Source: Harriotta raleighana (Eukaryota). Taken from it: a stretch of 64,000 bases of DNA. Position 1 is the stretch's first letter; every line of letters starts with the position of its first letter. The position numbers and the translations under genes are program-made. Below the pieces are notes generated by a model. It had not been told where the DNA came from and searched no databases. It saw only the letters and a program-made list of their open reading frames with translations. Positions 1 through 13,129 of this stretch are shown in pieces. The stretch lies in contig JBNZDD010013726.1 in assembly GCA_050575255.1 (NCBI GenBank), positions 5,106,968 through 5,170,967 on the forward strand, given 5' to 3'.

Positions 1-132
1 GCTCCCACCCTCCCCCTCCCCCCTCGCCCCGAACATTTCCCCCTGCTCGGGTCTTAAATCATCTGTCCAGCGCCTTGGGACGTCCTCCTGACGTGAAACG
101 CGCTCTATAAATGTAATTTTGTTGTTGTTGTA
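1..132 (+). mobile_element. 3' end of L2-type LINE with (TTG)n tail
   Basis: C-rich stretch, then cagcgccttgggacgtcctcctgacgtgaaacgcgctctataaatgtaatttt(gtt)n; the same terminus follows L2 RT sequence at about 63400-63462. Confidence 0.75.
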
Positions 133-1535
133 GATTGCTTCCGCAATTGTAACTTCCGTTTTATGTGTGGCATATGTATGTCTGAAACCATCCATGCCTA
201 TCTAAAATTCATTTTAAGTTTCCACCAAAGTTGATTAGTGACTTCATCATCTGCCTGATTTTGTATTTATCTATCACTATCAAAAATTTAAATCAAAAGC
301 AAATTAGAAAAGACACTGACGGTCAAACAGATGCTAAGTTTGCACACTAGTTCAATGAGTTGGAAAAAGAGGCTGGGAAACTTGAAGAGTTCAGCTAGAA
401 AACGGAGGAGGTGTCCATATGATCAGGGCTTGGTGACTGAAAGCAAGATTGCTGATGGAGCAGAGGGAATGAAGGACTTGCAAGGATGCTAGATCCAGCT
501 GAGCGAAGCGGAATGTAGACGAGTGGGGTGAAATCGGTTACTCAGCAGAAGATAAATTTTGATTTAGGCTTTACATATTTTGGCAAGAGTAGAAACGATG
601 TGTATCCTCTTTAAAAACTAATATAGCCAAATTATTAGTGATACTGTAAATAACATTAAGCCTGGAATAGTGGGTTAAAACACGATTCTTCAATTTGACT
701 TGTATTTAAAGGTAGTTTGCACAAGTGGCTTTAACCGAGAGACTCCCTGATATTTAATGATGGTCTTTAGTGAAAATCTGTTTTTGTACTAATCTGATTT
801 TCAGTACAGCTGTTCATAATTTCAATAATTGAACAATTTCATTTAGATTCTACAGATATATTGTGCAAGGGAAATTTGTTGGCAAAACACAAATTGCATT
901 GAGGGGTGAACTTCTAAGGAGGTATTAAAGTGCACCTGGTACTAAACTGCATTGTACCAAGCTGACAGTGTTTGATTCCAAAATATAATTGTGTTTATTG
1001 CCAGTGTCTCATAGTCAATAATTCTTAAAGGAAAAGATTTTATTGAAAATTCAGTTCCAGCTGTGGTCGTATTCAAAAAGATTATGTCTGACATTCTTAC
1101 ATTCTAACTTAATTCTGACAACAATAGAAAGATAACATCCCCTGACCTTTGTACATCCATCATGGTATCATATTCAATGTAATTTAATTCTGGGTATGGG
1201 TGTAATAAAAATAATAAACCTTGCATTTGATAACGCCTTATCATGTTGTTGTGACGCCCCAAAGCGATTCACAGGATAATAGTAATCCTGGCATTTGATA
1301 CATCACGTTTGTGGGACCTCTCAAAGCACTTCAATAGGGTGTAGTATAAACTTGTGTGACAGTGTGCATTTTCTGAGCAATTGCACCACAAACCAAATTT
1401 AATGCATTGAAACAAATTAATGTGTTTAAAAAAATTAATTCTATATATAAGTACAGAAATGCCTACTAAAAAGATGTTTTTGAACATGCCAAAACATTTG
1501 TAGTTAATTTCCATCTTTCATCATTTCACTTTTAG

Positions 1536-1763
<228 letters not shown>

Positions 1764-1962
1764 TAGACATTTTAAAATTAAACTATGATTTATTGGAAAC
1801 ATGCATGTATTTGTAGGGGTATTAAAGCAATGTACCTTTAATTCAAAAATAATTTTTCAAGTTTTGTTTGAATGTTTAGCAGTTTTCTAAACAAATCATC
1901 TGCCTCTACCAAGTGTTCTGACCAGCATTCTGGTTAGCTATAAAACGTTACAGCTTGTAATA

Positions 1963-2687
1963 CAGGCAGTCCTCAAGTTACGTCAGGGTTAGGTTCCTAA
2001 GATGTGGTGTAAGTTGAATTTGTATGCAAGTCGAGTCACCCCCCTATAATGCTTACAGTAACATACAGTGATTGGTTGTAGTGTATAGTGAGCTGCCCTC
2101 TCTCCCCTGCACCCCTCCTAATATGTACAGTACTGTAAATAAAATAAAATATTACTATACTTACATGGCTTCATTGTGAGTCTGGCACTCGATGTAGCGC
2201 AACACAGGAGATCACACGCGATGTAGCGCAACGCAGGAGATCACACGCGATGTAGCGCAACGCAGGAGATCACACGCGACATAGCGCAACACAGGAGATC
2301 ACACGCGATGTAGAGCAACGCAGGAGATCACATGTGACGTAGCGCAACGCAGATCACGCGTGACGTAGCGCAACGCAGATCACACGTGACGTAGCGCAGT
2401 CTAAAGGCTGGAGAGTACTGTACGGCCGAGCTCACAGCCTCACACAGTACCTGTACAGTACACACTCGCGTCTCGCCTCAATCCTGTTCCTGAATGCGTA
2501 TCGTGGTCCCGTAAGTGTTGAGAGCGGCGACTCCAGTTTTCTATCGCGCGTGGGGCAACTAAAGTATTTACATAGCAGTGTCGTAACTTCGAGAACTTGG
2601 ATGTAACTCGGACGTAATTTTACTGAATTTAAGTGTCGTAACTTCGAATTGTCGTACCTCGAAACGTCGTAACTAGAGGACTGCCTG
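1963..2687. mobile_element. Non-autonomous Tc1/mariner-pogo (Tigger-like) DNA transposon
   Basis: TIRs CAGGCAGTCCTCaAGTTACG and reverse complement CAGGCAGTCCTCtAGTTACG (1 mismatch in 20); TA on both flanks (1961-62, 2688-89); no transposase ORF. Confidence 0.88.
2191..2398. repeat. Minisatellite inside the transposon: 5 x 29 nt, 2 x 26 nt, one partial unit
   Basis: Head-to-tail unit gatgtagcgcaac(a/g)caggagatcacacgc, no spacers; later units are 3 nt shorter. Confidence 0.92.
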
Positions 2688-3411
2688 TATTGCATTGTAT
2701 AGAAGATATTCAAAGCTGAATAATTTTGCAGTGATTTTGCAGTGACCTCAAGGCACAGAAAAACTATAAGGCGAATAGAACCATCCATCTGTATATAATA
2801 TCCTCTGATTGTCTTTGACATCTATGAATACAATTTTTTTTCTGAATATACCTCACAATCTATTTTTATTTCAATAATCTCAATAATGATAATGGATCAT
2901 CTATTGAGATCTAAGATCATCTTAAGAAATATATATATGAACAGGTGAACTTAATAATGTAGTGTCTAATGTCTATTGCATTTTTACAGTAAGTCAAATC
3001 TGATCTTTCCATGATTATGCACAATTGCACTAAATTAGGCTTCCAGTGATTTGTGGAAGATGGGGTGATTTACCTTGTGAAATTGGGTTAAAATATCTTA
3101 CTTGTTCAGGTATGACAGTATACAATATTTTCAGCAATTGTTTCTAAAAGCATTCTCTAATCAGGCAGTGAGTTTTGAAATTAAAAAATGTAGCGTTAAC
3201 TGAATATCATCTTTGTGCACAAGTATCAGAATCCGTTTATAGGCATAACTAATTTTCATCATCCATAATCTTTCTTTTGAAACTGGATCTAATAATGGAG
3301 CTATTGGTGGATGTAGCGTGTTGAATGTGTACAAAAAATGTTTATTGTAACTGATAATTTTTTTTAATAATGGAGAAGGTTTGATTGATCTAATTAGGAC
3401 TTTTGTTGTAG

Positions 3412-3516
<105 letters not shown>

Positions 3517-4411
3517 TAAGTGCCCTGGCCCATTTTTGTACTTTTTATCATGAGTAATCAACAAAACTAAAAAAAACAAAAACAATTGGAATGTCTTAGA
3601 TCGGAATATTTCAAAGGTTTCCAGCTACTGAAAAATATGTGATGTTTTGAAAGAAATAAAGCCGCATATTTGAACTTTTTAAAACTTAAAAAGCCCATTT
3701 TCCCGAGACAAGTGAAAGATAAGCAGCATTTCCTGGGAGCGGTCTTAGCCATTGGTGATGACAGGCCAGCCAGCCCAGCTTGTCGACAAGCCTTGGAGGG
3801 ATAATCACAAGGATTCTTCCCACTTGACTCCTAGTAATCCTGAAAGCCCCAATTCTTAACAGAGGCGGTGGTCTTAGCTAGACAAGCAGTGAGAGAGCTT
3901 GAAAGGCAATCCTCTCAATGGTGTGATTTTAACAGGTTGAACTCTTGCAATAACCTTGGCATCCTGAGATACTCACAGCCATGGTCTTATCAAGCTACAC
4001 CTACTCTGGGATGAGGTAAGGCTGGTGTGTCCCTCCAGGGAGAGAGTATATTCTATTCCAGACGCGGGTGTTTCCACGTGTATGTAACGTATATGTTATT
4101 GTAGAACTCTGAAGGAGAGGGTGACGTGTTTCAGATGTGTTTCAATGTTTGAATTTGTTATAAAAGCAGTAGTTTTTCCTCAATATTTAATGTATGAAAT
4201 CAATTTCAGTTTAAAAAGGAAAATGAATCTTTTTAGTGGTCTAAGGATCTTCTGTTCAGGTTGATTATGAAGTCCCACAAGGTAACCTGGAGGTCCTGAG
4301 CTGTAAAGGTAATAGAGTACAGAGTTAAAAAGAAGGTCAATGTATCCCTTCATACATTTTTTTAACACCAAAAAAGAGAAATGTGTTTGTTGAAGCCAAG
4401 TAAAAATTGTT

Positions 4412-4925
4412 ATATTAATCCTTGCATTTTATATAGCACCTTATCACATTGTTGAGATATCTCAAAGCAATTTGTGGGTGAAACGTGGCAGCCAGTTGCA
4501 TGCAGCCAGTTGCATGCAGCAGTATCCCAGAAACAACCTTATTATGTTATTGAGATGTCTCAAAGCACTTCACAGAGTATGCTTCACAGAATATGCCACA
4601 AAGTGGTTTTGACTCTTTGCATACAACCGTGAAGCAAATGACAGATTTTTGTTTAGAGGGATTGTTAGCCAGGGCAGTGGGAGAAACTCTGTTCCCCTTT
4701 TGAATAGTCCTGTGAGCTCTTCAACTCCCACCTAAACGGGCAGACGGGATTTCAGTTTAACATCTCATCCAAAGGATAACACCCTTGACAATTCAACAGA
4801 CAACCCAGCAGTGCATTGGAGTGTCATCTTAGACAATGTAAGTCGAGTCCTTAATGTGGTGTTCAACCCACATATCTCTGCCTACGAGGTGATAGTGCTA
4901 CCATTGAACAGGGATGACACACAAT
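4412..4925 (-). mobile_element. Degenerate SINE(s), Deu-type core with L2-like tail
   Basis: Reverse tail taatccttgcattttatatagcacc; core catctcatccaaaggataac...gtgcattggagtgtca shared with copies at 9.7, 30.1, 39.5 and 59.1 kb. Confidence 0.6.
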
Positions 4926-7011
4926 CAGGGTTTGTGGAGCCTTTTCTAGTTGTGGTGCAGCTGGTAAGTTCCCAAAAAGTTGGTTTCAATCTCATTGATA
5001 TTCAGCTACAAAAAAAACGTGCCTTACCAAGTACTCCGCAGTACTCAATATCAGAATTAAGTATGGTAGCAGAGAAGTAGAGTTGGGATCAATCCACATG
5101 CATATTGAAATTAAGATTTAGTTATGAATGATGTTGAAGCATATAGGTTGTCAATAGAAGAGGATAAAGGATTAAGAGCTCTGTATACACCAGCAATGAC
5201 TTCAAGCAGTGGACAGGGATCGATTGGAGATGTAGTGATGGCGGGACAAGTAATAACGGAATTATGGTGCCTTGAAGATAGATTTGAATGAGATTAGTTT
5301 AATCAAAAGTATCACCGGCCCCTAAAATATCAAAGCAGTTGAGCAAGCCCTGGGCCAGTCGGACTGAATTTCATTAATGACTTTGAAGAGAGCAATTCTA
5401 TTGCTGTACAACCACCTCTCACCTTGCAATGTCGTACAATTTAAACTAGTAGATTGACTTCTTTTTGCCAACTGCGGAGTACTGCGGATACAACTACTGT
5501 TTCTGCTTTAATAAATGCTCCTAATCCACATTTACCCAGAAGGCAAATTTTTTACACCTTCGCAGTTTTCACACTTTCTCATTAAAATTCTCCACTCTTT
5601 TGCTTTCAAAAGTATGTTGATTTGATAGACCCCAAAAAATGGGTATGTTCAACCTGGATTTTTTTTTACTAGAAAGTTGCTTCCAAGTGGTCTTTTGAAC
5701 GAGAATTCAACATCTCAGATGAAAAAAGATTTTTATAATGAGACGCAAGTATTTTGATGCCATTGGACTCTTAGATTTGATTTCACACAAGAATGGAATT
5801 TTATTTCTGGTCCACAGAACAAATAGGAAGCATGAAAATCCACTATCATGTAGGGGATTGTTCCTTCCAACACCAATGGATAATCAGATTTGCACTGTAG
5901 ACCCAAAGCAACTTTTGTTTAACCCATGTTAAAATGGACTAATTATGAAGCACTAGAATCTAATACAATTTACTGAACATAGTTCATAGTTTTAGATGTT
6001 TTTTGTTTTGTGAATTGGATAAAATTTGTATTTAACATGTGCCAAATTGAGAGCTGGGAGACACGTGATTAATTTATCTTCCATTATATCCCTATGTATT
6101 TATGTTCTCGTCTTTGGGGTGGAAATGGTGAGTGCTCAAGATATATATCTGGAAGATCCACTTATATATTGCATCAGAAATCCTGCCTCCCTATACTCCT
6201 TAAGAGATTATTCTTTTTAACTGAAATGGATGTACTTTCATGCCTCTATATTTTGAGCACAACCATCTACAAAAGCACAATTTTTTTGCATTCTTTAGAC
6301 ACTTCGGTCAGTCAGTAGGTTACCTCAGTTCGCCCAGTAGAGAACTCTTAAAGGAAGTTGGAAAATAGAATTGACTAGTTAATAGTCAGTCTGAGTTCTG
6401 GATTTGTTCTAACAAAATGAATTTTGTGTTTGTTGCAGCTTTTCGTTTATATGATTGAATTCTTGAAGGAGGAATGTTTGCTTTTCAAGCTCTGAACTAA
6501 ATAGACAGTTTAGGAACATTATCAAGTATTTCAGCACAGAAGGTGTCTATTTGTACCAATCCAGACATGATGGAATGTTTTCTGCATTCTGTCTATTCTG
6601 TATATTCTTCACAACATAAACAAATGCCTGCATCATTTGTTGCTTGGTACATAGTTGTTTCACTTATGCAGGTTATCAGCGGTCCGCTGTATCCTTGATT
6701 TTCACTGGGTCATCTTATTTAAATTTGACCTACTAAGCAAGTGGGTGTTAAACACCAAATCCATCTTATTCAAATGTAATGTACAAATGCACCTTTTGCA
6801 TTTCAAGACAATTCCTTCTCCCTGCTTTCTGACTCCTAATACAAATTTTTCCTAGCATTCTTCATTCAAAGCTGTGGTAGTAAATGTCTTTAAAATGGGA
6901 TGAACAGTTCTATAACTTCCCTTCCTTTGTTATTTTATTTGGATCACCGGATGAATCATAACATAATCATTATGGTGATGAAGAAGTCTATAATCCTGGC
7001 ATGGAATTTCT

Positions 7012-7620
7012 AGTGTATCTTGTTTTCTACAAAACTTAGTGCCACACCTTCTCAGGGTGAATTTCGAGACGTTTTTCCCTCTTGTGACATTTTCATGGAA
7101 TCCATTGTATTTTCTCCTTTCAAATTTAACTAGCACCATATGGATCTGTCATTTGGGGGTTGATATTTGACTGAGTTCAAACCCCATATTAATCACTTAG
7201 CACTTGCCACAGTAATTTTAATGCATTTCTGAGGCAGATATGGGCATTTCATTTCAAATTTGGGGGTTCAGTTTCTTGAAAGCAGCTTTTGAAGATACAA
7301 CCAATATATTGACGGGTTTTGTTAATTGGCAAATTTGAATGCCCTACTACTCTTCAGTTCATTTCCAAGAAACAATTGATTTTCATCAGGTGTGTTAAAT
7401 ATTAAAGACGTTGTGTGTTTTTTCTTGTCAGTCTGGGAGAGTGAACATGGTGTATCTTGCTTTCTGCCAAACCTGCCAAAGAGCCAGGAAAATCATCTCA
7501 CAATGAATTTGGAGAGGTTTTTCTCTCGTGATATTTTCATGGAAGCCATTGTATTTTTCTCCTTTCAAATTTTAACTTTCACCATATTGATTTTTCAATT
7601 TGGGTTTGATATCTGACTAG
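7012..7620. repeat. Diverged direct duplication of about 165 bp (7012-7174 and 7450-7620)
   Basis: Both copies read gtgtatcttg...tgaattt.gaga.gtttt...ttttcatggaa.ccattgtattttctcctttcaaattt.aact..caccatat...gatat.tgact. Confidence 0.8.
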
Positions 7621-9292
7621 TATCTTACGTTTGCAGTGAAACAGTATTACAACTGAAGATCTGGTCTTGTGTTGTGTTGATTTGAAACCACAAAGTGAAA
7701 GATTTGGTTTGCCAAATGGATTAAATTTATTACATATCTGAGCAGAGCTACCTTTCATTTAGCGAAGAACACCCAAGGATCACGGCAACCTGGAGCCTTC
7801 TATTGATAACTACAGGACAGATACTTCCAGCAGATATTTGGACCAACTGCATTCGATGGATGGGTTTTTAACTGCCTCAGTTTGTACTGTTTTGTACATC
7901 CCTTGTACAAAGGAATGGTATACAGAGGAATCACTGAAGCATGAAGATGTAAGAAGAGAGCCATTGCTTACTTTGTAAGGGTATTTTCCATAGCCCCCTT
8001 CACTGACCTGTTAGTTCCACTCTCCTCTGTCTAGCTGAGCATGAGTACATTTGTACTTTTCCTTGGTGCATTTGTTACTCCACTAGCTACCTACCTGAGA
8101 GAAGAAAACTCCAGGTGAATTTTCTAAATTGCTTTGATAGGCATGTTCACTCATTGCCTCTTATGTAATCCACTTGTTACCCAGCTCTGCCACTAATTTG
8201 ACTCCTGTCATATCTCCAGCTAGACTCAATTCGTTATGGTAAAGAATTTGAGACCGAATCAATGAAGAAACTATAGAAAATGCCCTTACTAGGTAAGTAA
8301 TTGTACTGAACTAAAACCAAGTTTCTGCTGGCCATGGGGTTCAGCAAGACACCTATTGTGTTATCATCTTGGGAGATCCTCTGTATTTCTAACTGGTGTC
8401 CCATCAGCAAAACATCCACCATCAAGTTTTAAGGCAAATCTTATGTCCGATATCTGATAGGATGTGCTTTATGTCTTGGGAATTATCATGCATTTTTAAT
8501 TCTATTAGAAACTGCACAAAATTCACCACAGAGAAATTAGATCAAGAGTAATATTTAGTGGAGTTTTGAGAACTGAAAGGAGTAGATGAGAGATCTGACC
8601 GAGTCTAAGGAGGTGAGAGGGAACATGGTGATAATTTTCACTTGTGCTTTCTTTAAAGAAGTTCCATGATTGGTGTACTGATGCGTCCTGTGACACTGCC
8701 CTGCATAAAGGGCGCTATATAAATGCAAGTGGTTATTTAAAGGTTTTTTTTGTGTGAATGATCATCATTTCTTTATATAAATGTATAATGATAACAATAA
8801 TGTTTATATTTACACATCTCAAAGCACTTCACAGAATTTACTGTAAAGTGGATTGACTATATTTTGTTTTAAAGTAATAGTTAAATATCTGCCAAACACT
8901 GGTTGCCATGACAAGAATTGCCTCCACATTATTTTCTGCCATGACTATAAGAAGTTAGATACCCATGCATAATGTGTGCTCAATAGCTATACAATAATCA
9001 GTCATGATTTGTTAACTTGGTGAATGCTTTATAACTTCCATTTCACATGAAGTTTTGAATTAAATTTCTGCTTGATAAGTGCGATATTGAGTGTGTGAAT
9101 ATAAACATTTAATGTTGGCTTTTAGAATATTTAAGCAAAAGATATTACCTTGGAATCTAGTTTAGAAAAATCTACCCTGGTTCAAAAGATGGTTTTCTAA
9201 CCTTATTTTCAATACATTTGTCAGTTAAAGCTTGATATCTATGTTTCAGAAATGTTTGCTTTTTGCTTATAAGTTCCTAAATATCCCCTTAA

Positions 9293-9616
<324 letters not shown>

Positions 9617-9659
9617 TAAAACTTTAGACCTTATTTACTTGGAAGTGTTCAGAAATATT

Positions 9660-9820
9660 GCCTCTGGGTTGAGGTATGTTAGGTTGTGGGTTCACATCCT
9701 GTGTTAGAATTCACACAGTACAAACTGACATTCCAATGCAGTGCTGGGGTGTGTTGCATTGTCAGAGATGTTGTCTTTCGGATGAGATGTTCGACCAATT
9801 TTCCCCCATCTGCCTCATTT
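9660..9820 (+). mobile_element. Deu-type SINE fragment (head and core)
   Basis: ctctgggttgag...ggttgtgggttcacatcc...ctgacattccaatgcagtgctgggg...gtctttcggatgagatgtt resembles the SacSINE/AmnSINE core. Confidence 0.55.
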
Positions 9821-10382
9821 GAATAGCAGGCTAGATTTTTAATTGCATTCCCCGATTCATCATTGGCTGCCATACTTTCCCTGTAAACTGCTAAAAAAAA
9901 AAAAAAATTAGACAGGAATAGAAAAATTGCTGCATTGTTCTGTTCATTTGCCAATGGTATTTGTAAGTCTGTGGCAAGTATACACATTATATTTTTTGCT
10001 AGGACTTACTACATAGGCAGCATCTTACTTTGCGATAAAGAAAAATTAAATTAACACCCTATTGAGAAAACAGTTTCTCTGCAAACCTTGTGAAACACAT
10101 TCAGTTTGCTCTGTAAAGTTCCTGCAAAGGGAAATCAACTGGAACCTCTAGAACATTCATTCATCCTTTCACTTCACTATTCAAGCCTGGTCTCCATCCT
10201 TCCAGTATACAATCGCTTCCCTGGTTTCCACATTTTTTCCATGACAGGTTTTAGGCTAACTCATCTACAATTTCAGGCTTGGCACTCATTTGCTGTCCTC
10301 AAGTACGACCTCGGTGTTGACTGTTTTTTTAGTCATGGCTTATAAAAGTGACGTTGGTAAAACTGTTGTATCTTTCATTTAA

Positions 10383-10589
<207 letters not shown>

Positions 10590-10780
10590 TAAACAATCAT
10601 TACATTTTACAGTATATTCTCTGAAATGTTTTGAAATTCTTCCTGTCGTTAAGGTGCTGTGTTAAATGTAAGGATTATTATAATCTTTAATATTGTTTGG
10701 AGAAAAATACTGCTTGTGATTCTAGATCTGTAACATGAATGTATTGTGCAGGTTTGCTTGTGGTACGTTAATAAAACTAA

Positions 10781-10900
<120 letters not shown>

Positions 10901-11698
10901 TAGCTTGGATTCTCTATTGTTTTAGTCCAATGCTTACCAGAAAAATACTTTTACTTGGATCTCCAATATGCTTTCCTGACAGGGCAGTGGATAACATCAT
11001 CAGTCTTGTGAGATTATGCTATTGTTGTCGACTCTGCTTGTTCAAGGATAATGGAACATATTTCAGTGGAGCTTCATTGTAACATAGTATTTTAGTTCCA
11101 TAAAATCCTAATCATCATTATGACAGCATTATTGCATTATGTACACCTGATTTTGCATGTGCTCAGAAATCTGACCGGCTTTCTATGAGACAGTAAAAAA
11201 AAATGCCAGAGTGGGTAGGAATGGTGGCGGTGGCGATCTGGAAGTCAATTTTTAGCACCCAAGAAACTATACCATGTTTGAAGTGAGCCAGCTGGCTTTC
11301 TATATATATATTAGGTTCTTTTAATAAGTGACTATCTGAGACTAGAAGCCAAACATGATGTAGGTGAACCTGTGTTAACCAGGCACATTATTACAGAGAT
11401 TTTATTGTAATTACATAAAGAGAATTGTAGGATTGAGAATTATGTTATTGGAAGGATGGGGCTGATAGATGCAGAAGTCTTGCAGTTGAATGTAGAATGC
11501 AGTTTTATCCAACCTCTCTTTAAAATATAGCTTTTTACACTCACAATGATGAGCAATTCTAACTCAATTCTATCTCAAAAGAGTGTATAGGACAAATCAA
11601 GAGTAAAGTGTAAAATGATGCTGCAATATTAAATAAAATTATTTGTCCATGGAATATGTAAAGAGTAAATTGTTTTTGTGCTTATACATTCCCTACAG

Positions 11699-11823
11699 GG
11701 TTGTCTTATGCAAGCCACAGCGTTGGTTTTACACCTCCTACTACTTTGACTCGTGCAGGAATCTCCTATTACACCTCACCTGGTCTTCATGTACAGCATA
11801 TGGGGTCTTCTCATGGTATTGCG
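11699..11823 (+). CDS. CCDC6: CCDC6 coding exon 8, 125 nt
   Basis: tacag|GG TTG TCT...ATT GCG|gtgag; [42 protein letters not shown]. Confidence 0.96.
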
Positions 11824-11907
11824 GTGAGTTCAATAAATTTAGAATAATATCTATGCATATACGTGTTCAATATAAAAATTGGGATAATTAGAGCATTTCA
11901 AATTATT

Positions 11908-12199
11908 GATAATAATCCTTGCATTTGATATAGCGTTTTTCACATCTACTAGATGTCTCAAAACGCTTCATAGAATAAACTGTAAACTGAATTGACTATA
12001 TGTTTGTGGGCGAAATGCGACCACCAATTGTGCACAGCAGTGTCCCACAAACAGTCGTGGATTGAAATGACCAATTTTATTGTTTTTTTTATGGGATTAT
12101 TATCAGGCGTGTGGAGTAAGGAAAATTGCCCAAGGAATTGAAAACTAGGACTCTCGCTTATAATGCGATTGCTCTAACTACTGAGCTACAGGACTCCCA
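11908..12199 (-). mobile_element. Near-full-length tRNA-derived SINE with L2-like tail
   Basis: Reverse-strand relative of the 44043-44350 element: head gggagtcctgtagctcagtagttagagc, tail tatatcaaatgcaaggattatt. Confidence 0.8.
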
Positions 12200-12937
12200 T
12201 TTAGTTGCTTAAAATGTTGGCAATAGCTTGTGCTCCAATTGGACCCTTCTTGAGGAAGCTTTAGAAACTTCAGAGGAGCTTCACTTTAATATATAGTGGC
12301 AAGAGCAGCATGAATGGAAGAATGGGAGGCATTACATATCTCCCTCTCGAATGGAGTTGGTGCCTGGCCTGAGAAGAATGGTATGAATGCAGAACTGATT
12401 AGCTGTTTCAGATTTTTGTCAAAAGGTGAATTTAGAGTTCATCATAACCAAAAGACGTGATAAGGCACTTTATCAATTGCAAGTATTATTGGAAATATCA
12501 CTCCTGGTCTTTAACTACTTGTGCAGTACAATTGGCTTCCATATCTCGTAGCCCTACCCAGCGCTCTACTCAGTGAACCCTGCTGCAAACAGAACAGAAC
12601 CATTTTCTTCCTCTTACGCTTGCGCACTGCATTTGCTTTAAGTGAAATATGGAAAAGATCAGCAAGAACTTGCAAGATTTACAAACTACTTCAACCACAA
12701 ATTCAATGTTCAAAATGATTTGCCAATCTCTGTTGATTATATGACCAGTGAACTAAAAGGCTTTTTTTTTCCTGTACTGCTATAATCTTGTGTGAATTGG
12801 ATTTTGTTTGGTTTACAATTATCTGTTTGTATTCGACTTTTTATTTGTGGAAATTTGAAAGTGTTTGAAGAGATTTGTTTTAACTTGAGCTAGGAGTAAA
12901 AATATTTTACCTTCATTTGGATGTATTTGTTTTGCAG

Positions 12938-13129
12938 AGGCCTTCGCCAAGAAGAAGCAACAGCCCTGACAAATTTAAACGCCCAACACCACCACCTTCT
13001 CCCAACACTCAGAATGTGGTTCAGCCAGCACCACCTCCACCTCCGCCACCAGTTCAATCTACACTTCACTCTGCAGTGTCCCAGCCAGCCATTTCCCAGC
13101 ATTCAGGGCATCCTCCTCCTCAGCTGTAG
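12938..13129 (+). CDS. CCDC6: CCDC6 last coding exon, proline-rich C-terminus, TAG stop
   Basis: tgcag|AGG CCT TCG; [63 protein letters not shown]. Confidence 0.96.
   Translation, partial: RPSPRRSNSPDKFKRPTPPPSPNTQNVVQPAPPPPPPPVQSTLHSAVSQPAISQHSGHPPPQL

Noticed and set aside
2191-2398. 29-nt repeats resembling a CRISPR array
   Set aside because: Units are contiguous with no unique spacers, sit inside a eukaryotic transposon, and no cas genes are present
5030-5483. 13-bp inverted match agtactccgcagt / actgcggagtact
   Set aside because: Too short and no TSD; cannot support an element call
12890-13102. Antisense and alternate-frame ORFs over real exons (also 3161-3466, 44506-44715, 47910-48134, 57630-57842)
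   Set aside because: Shadow ORFs of coding exons with no independent support
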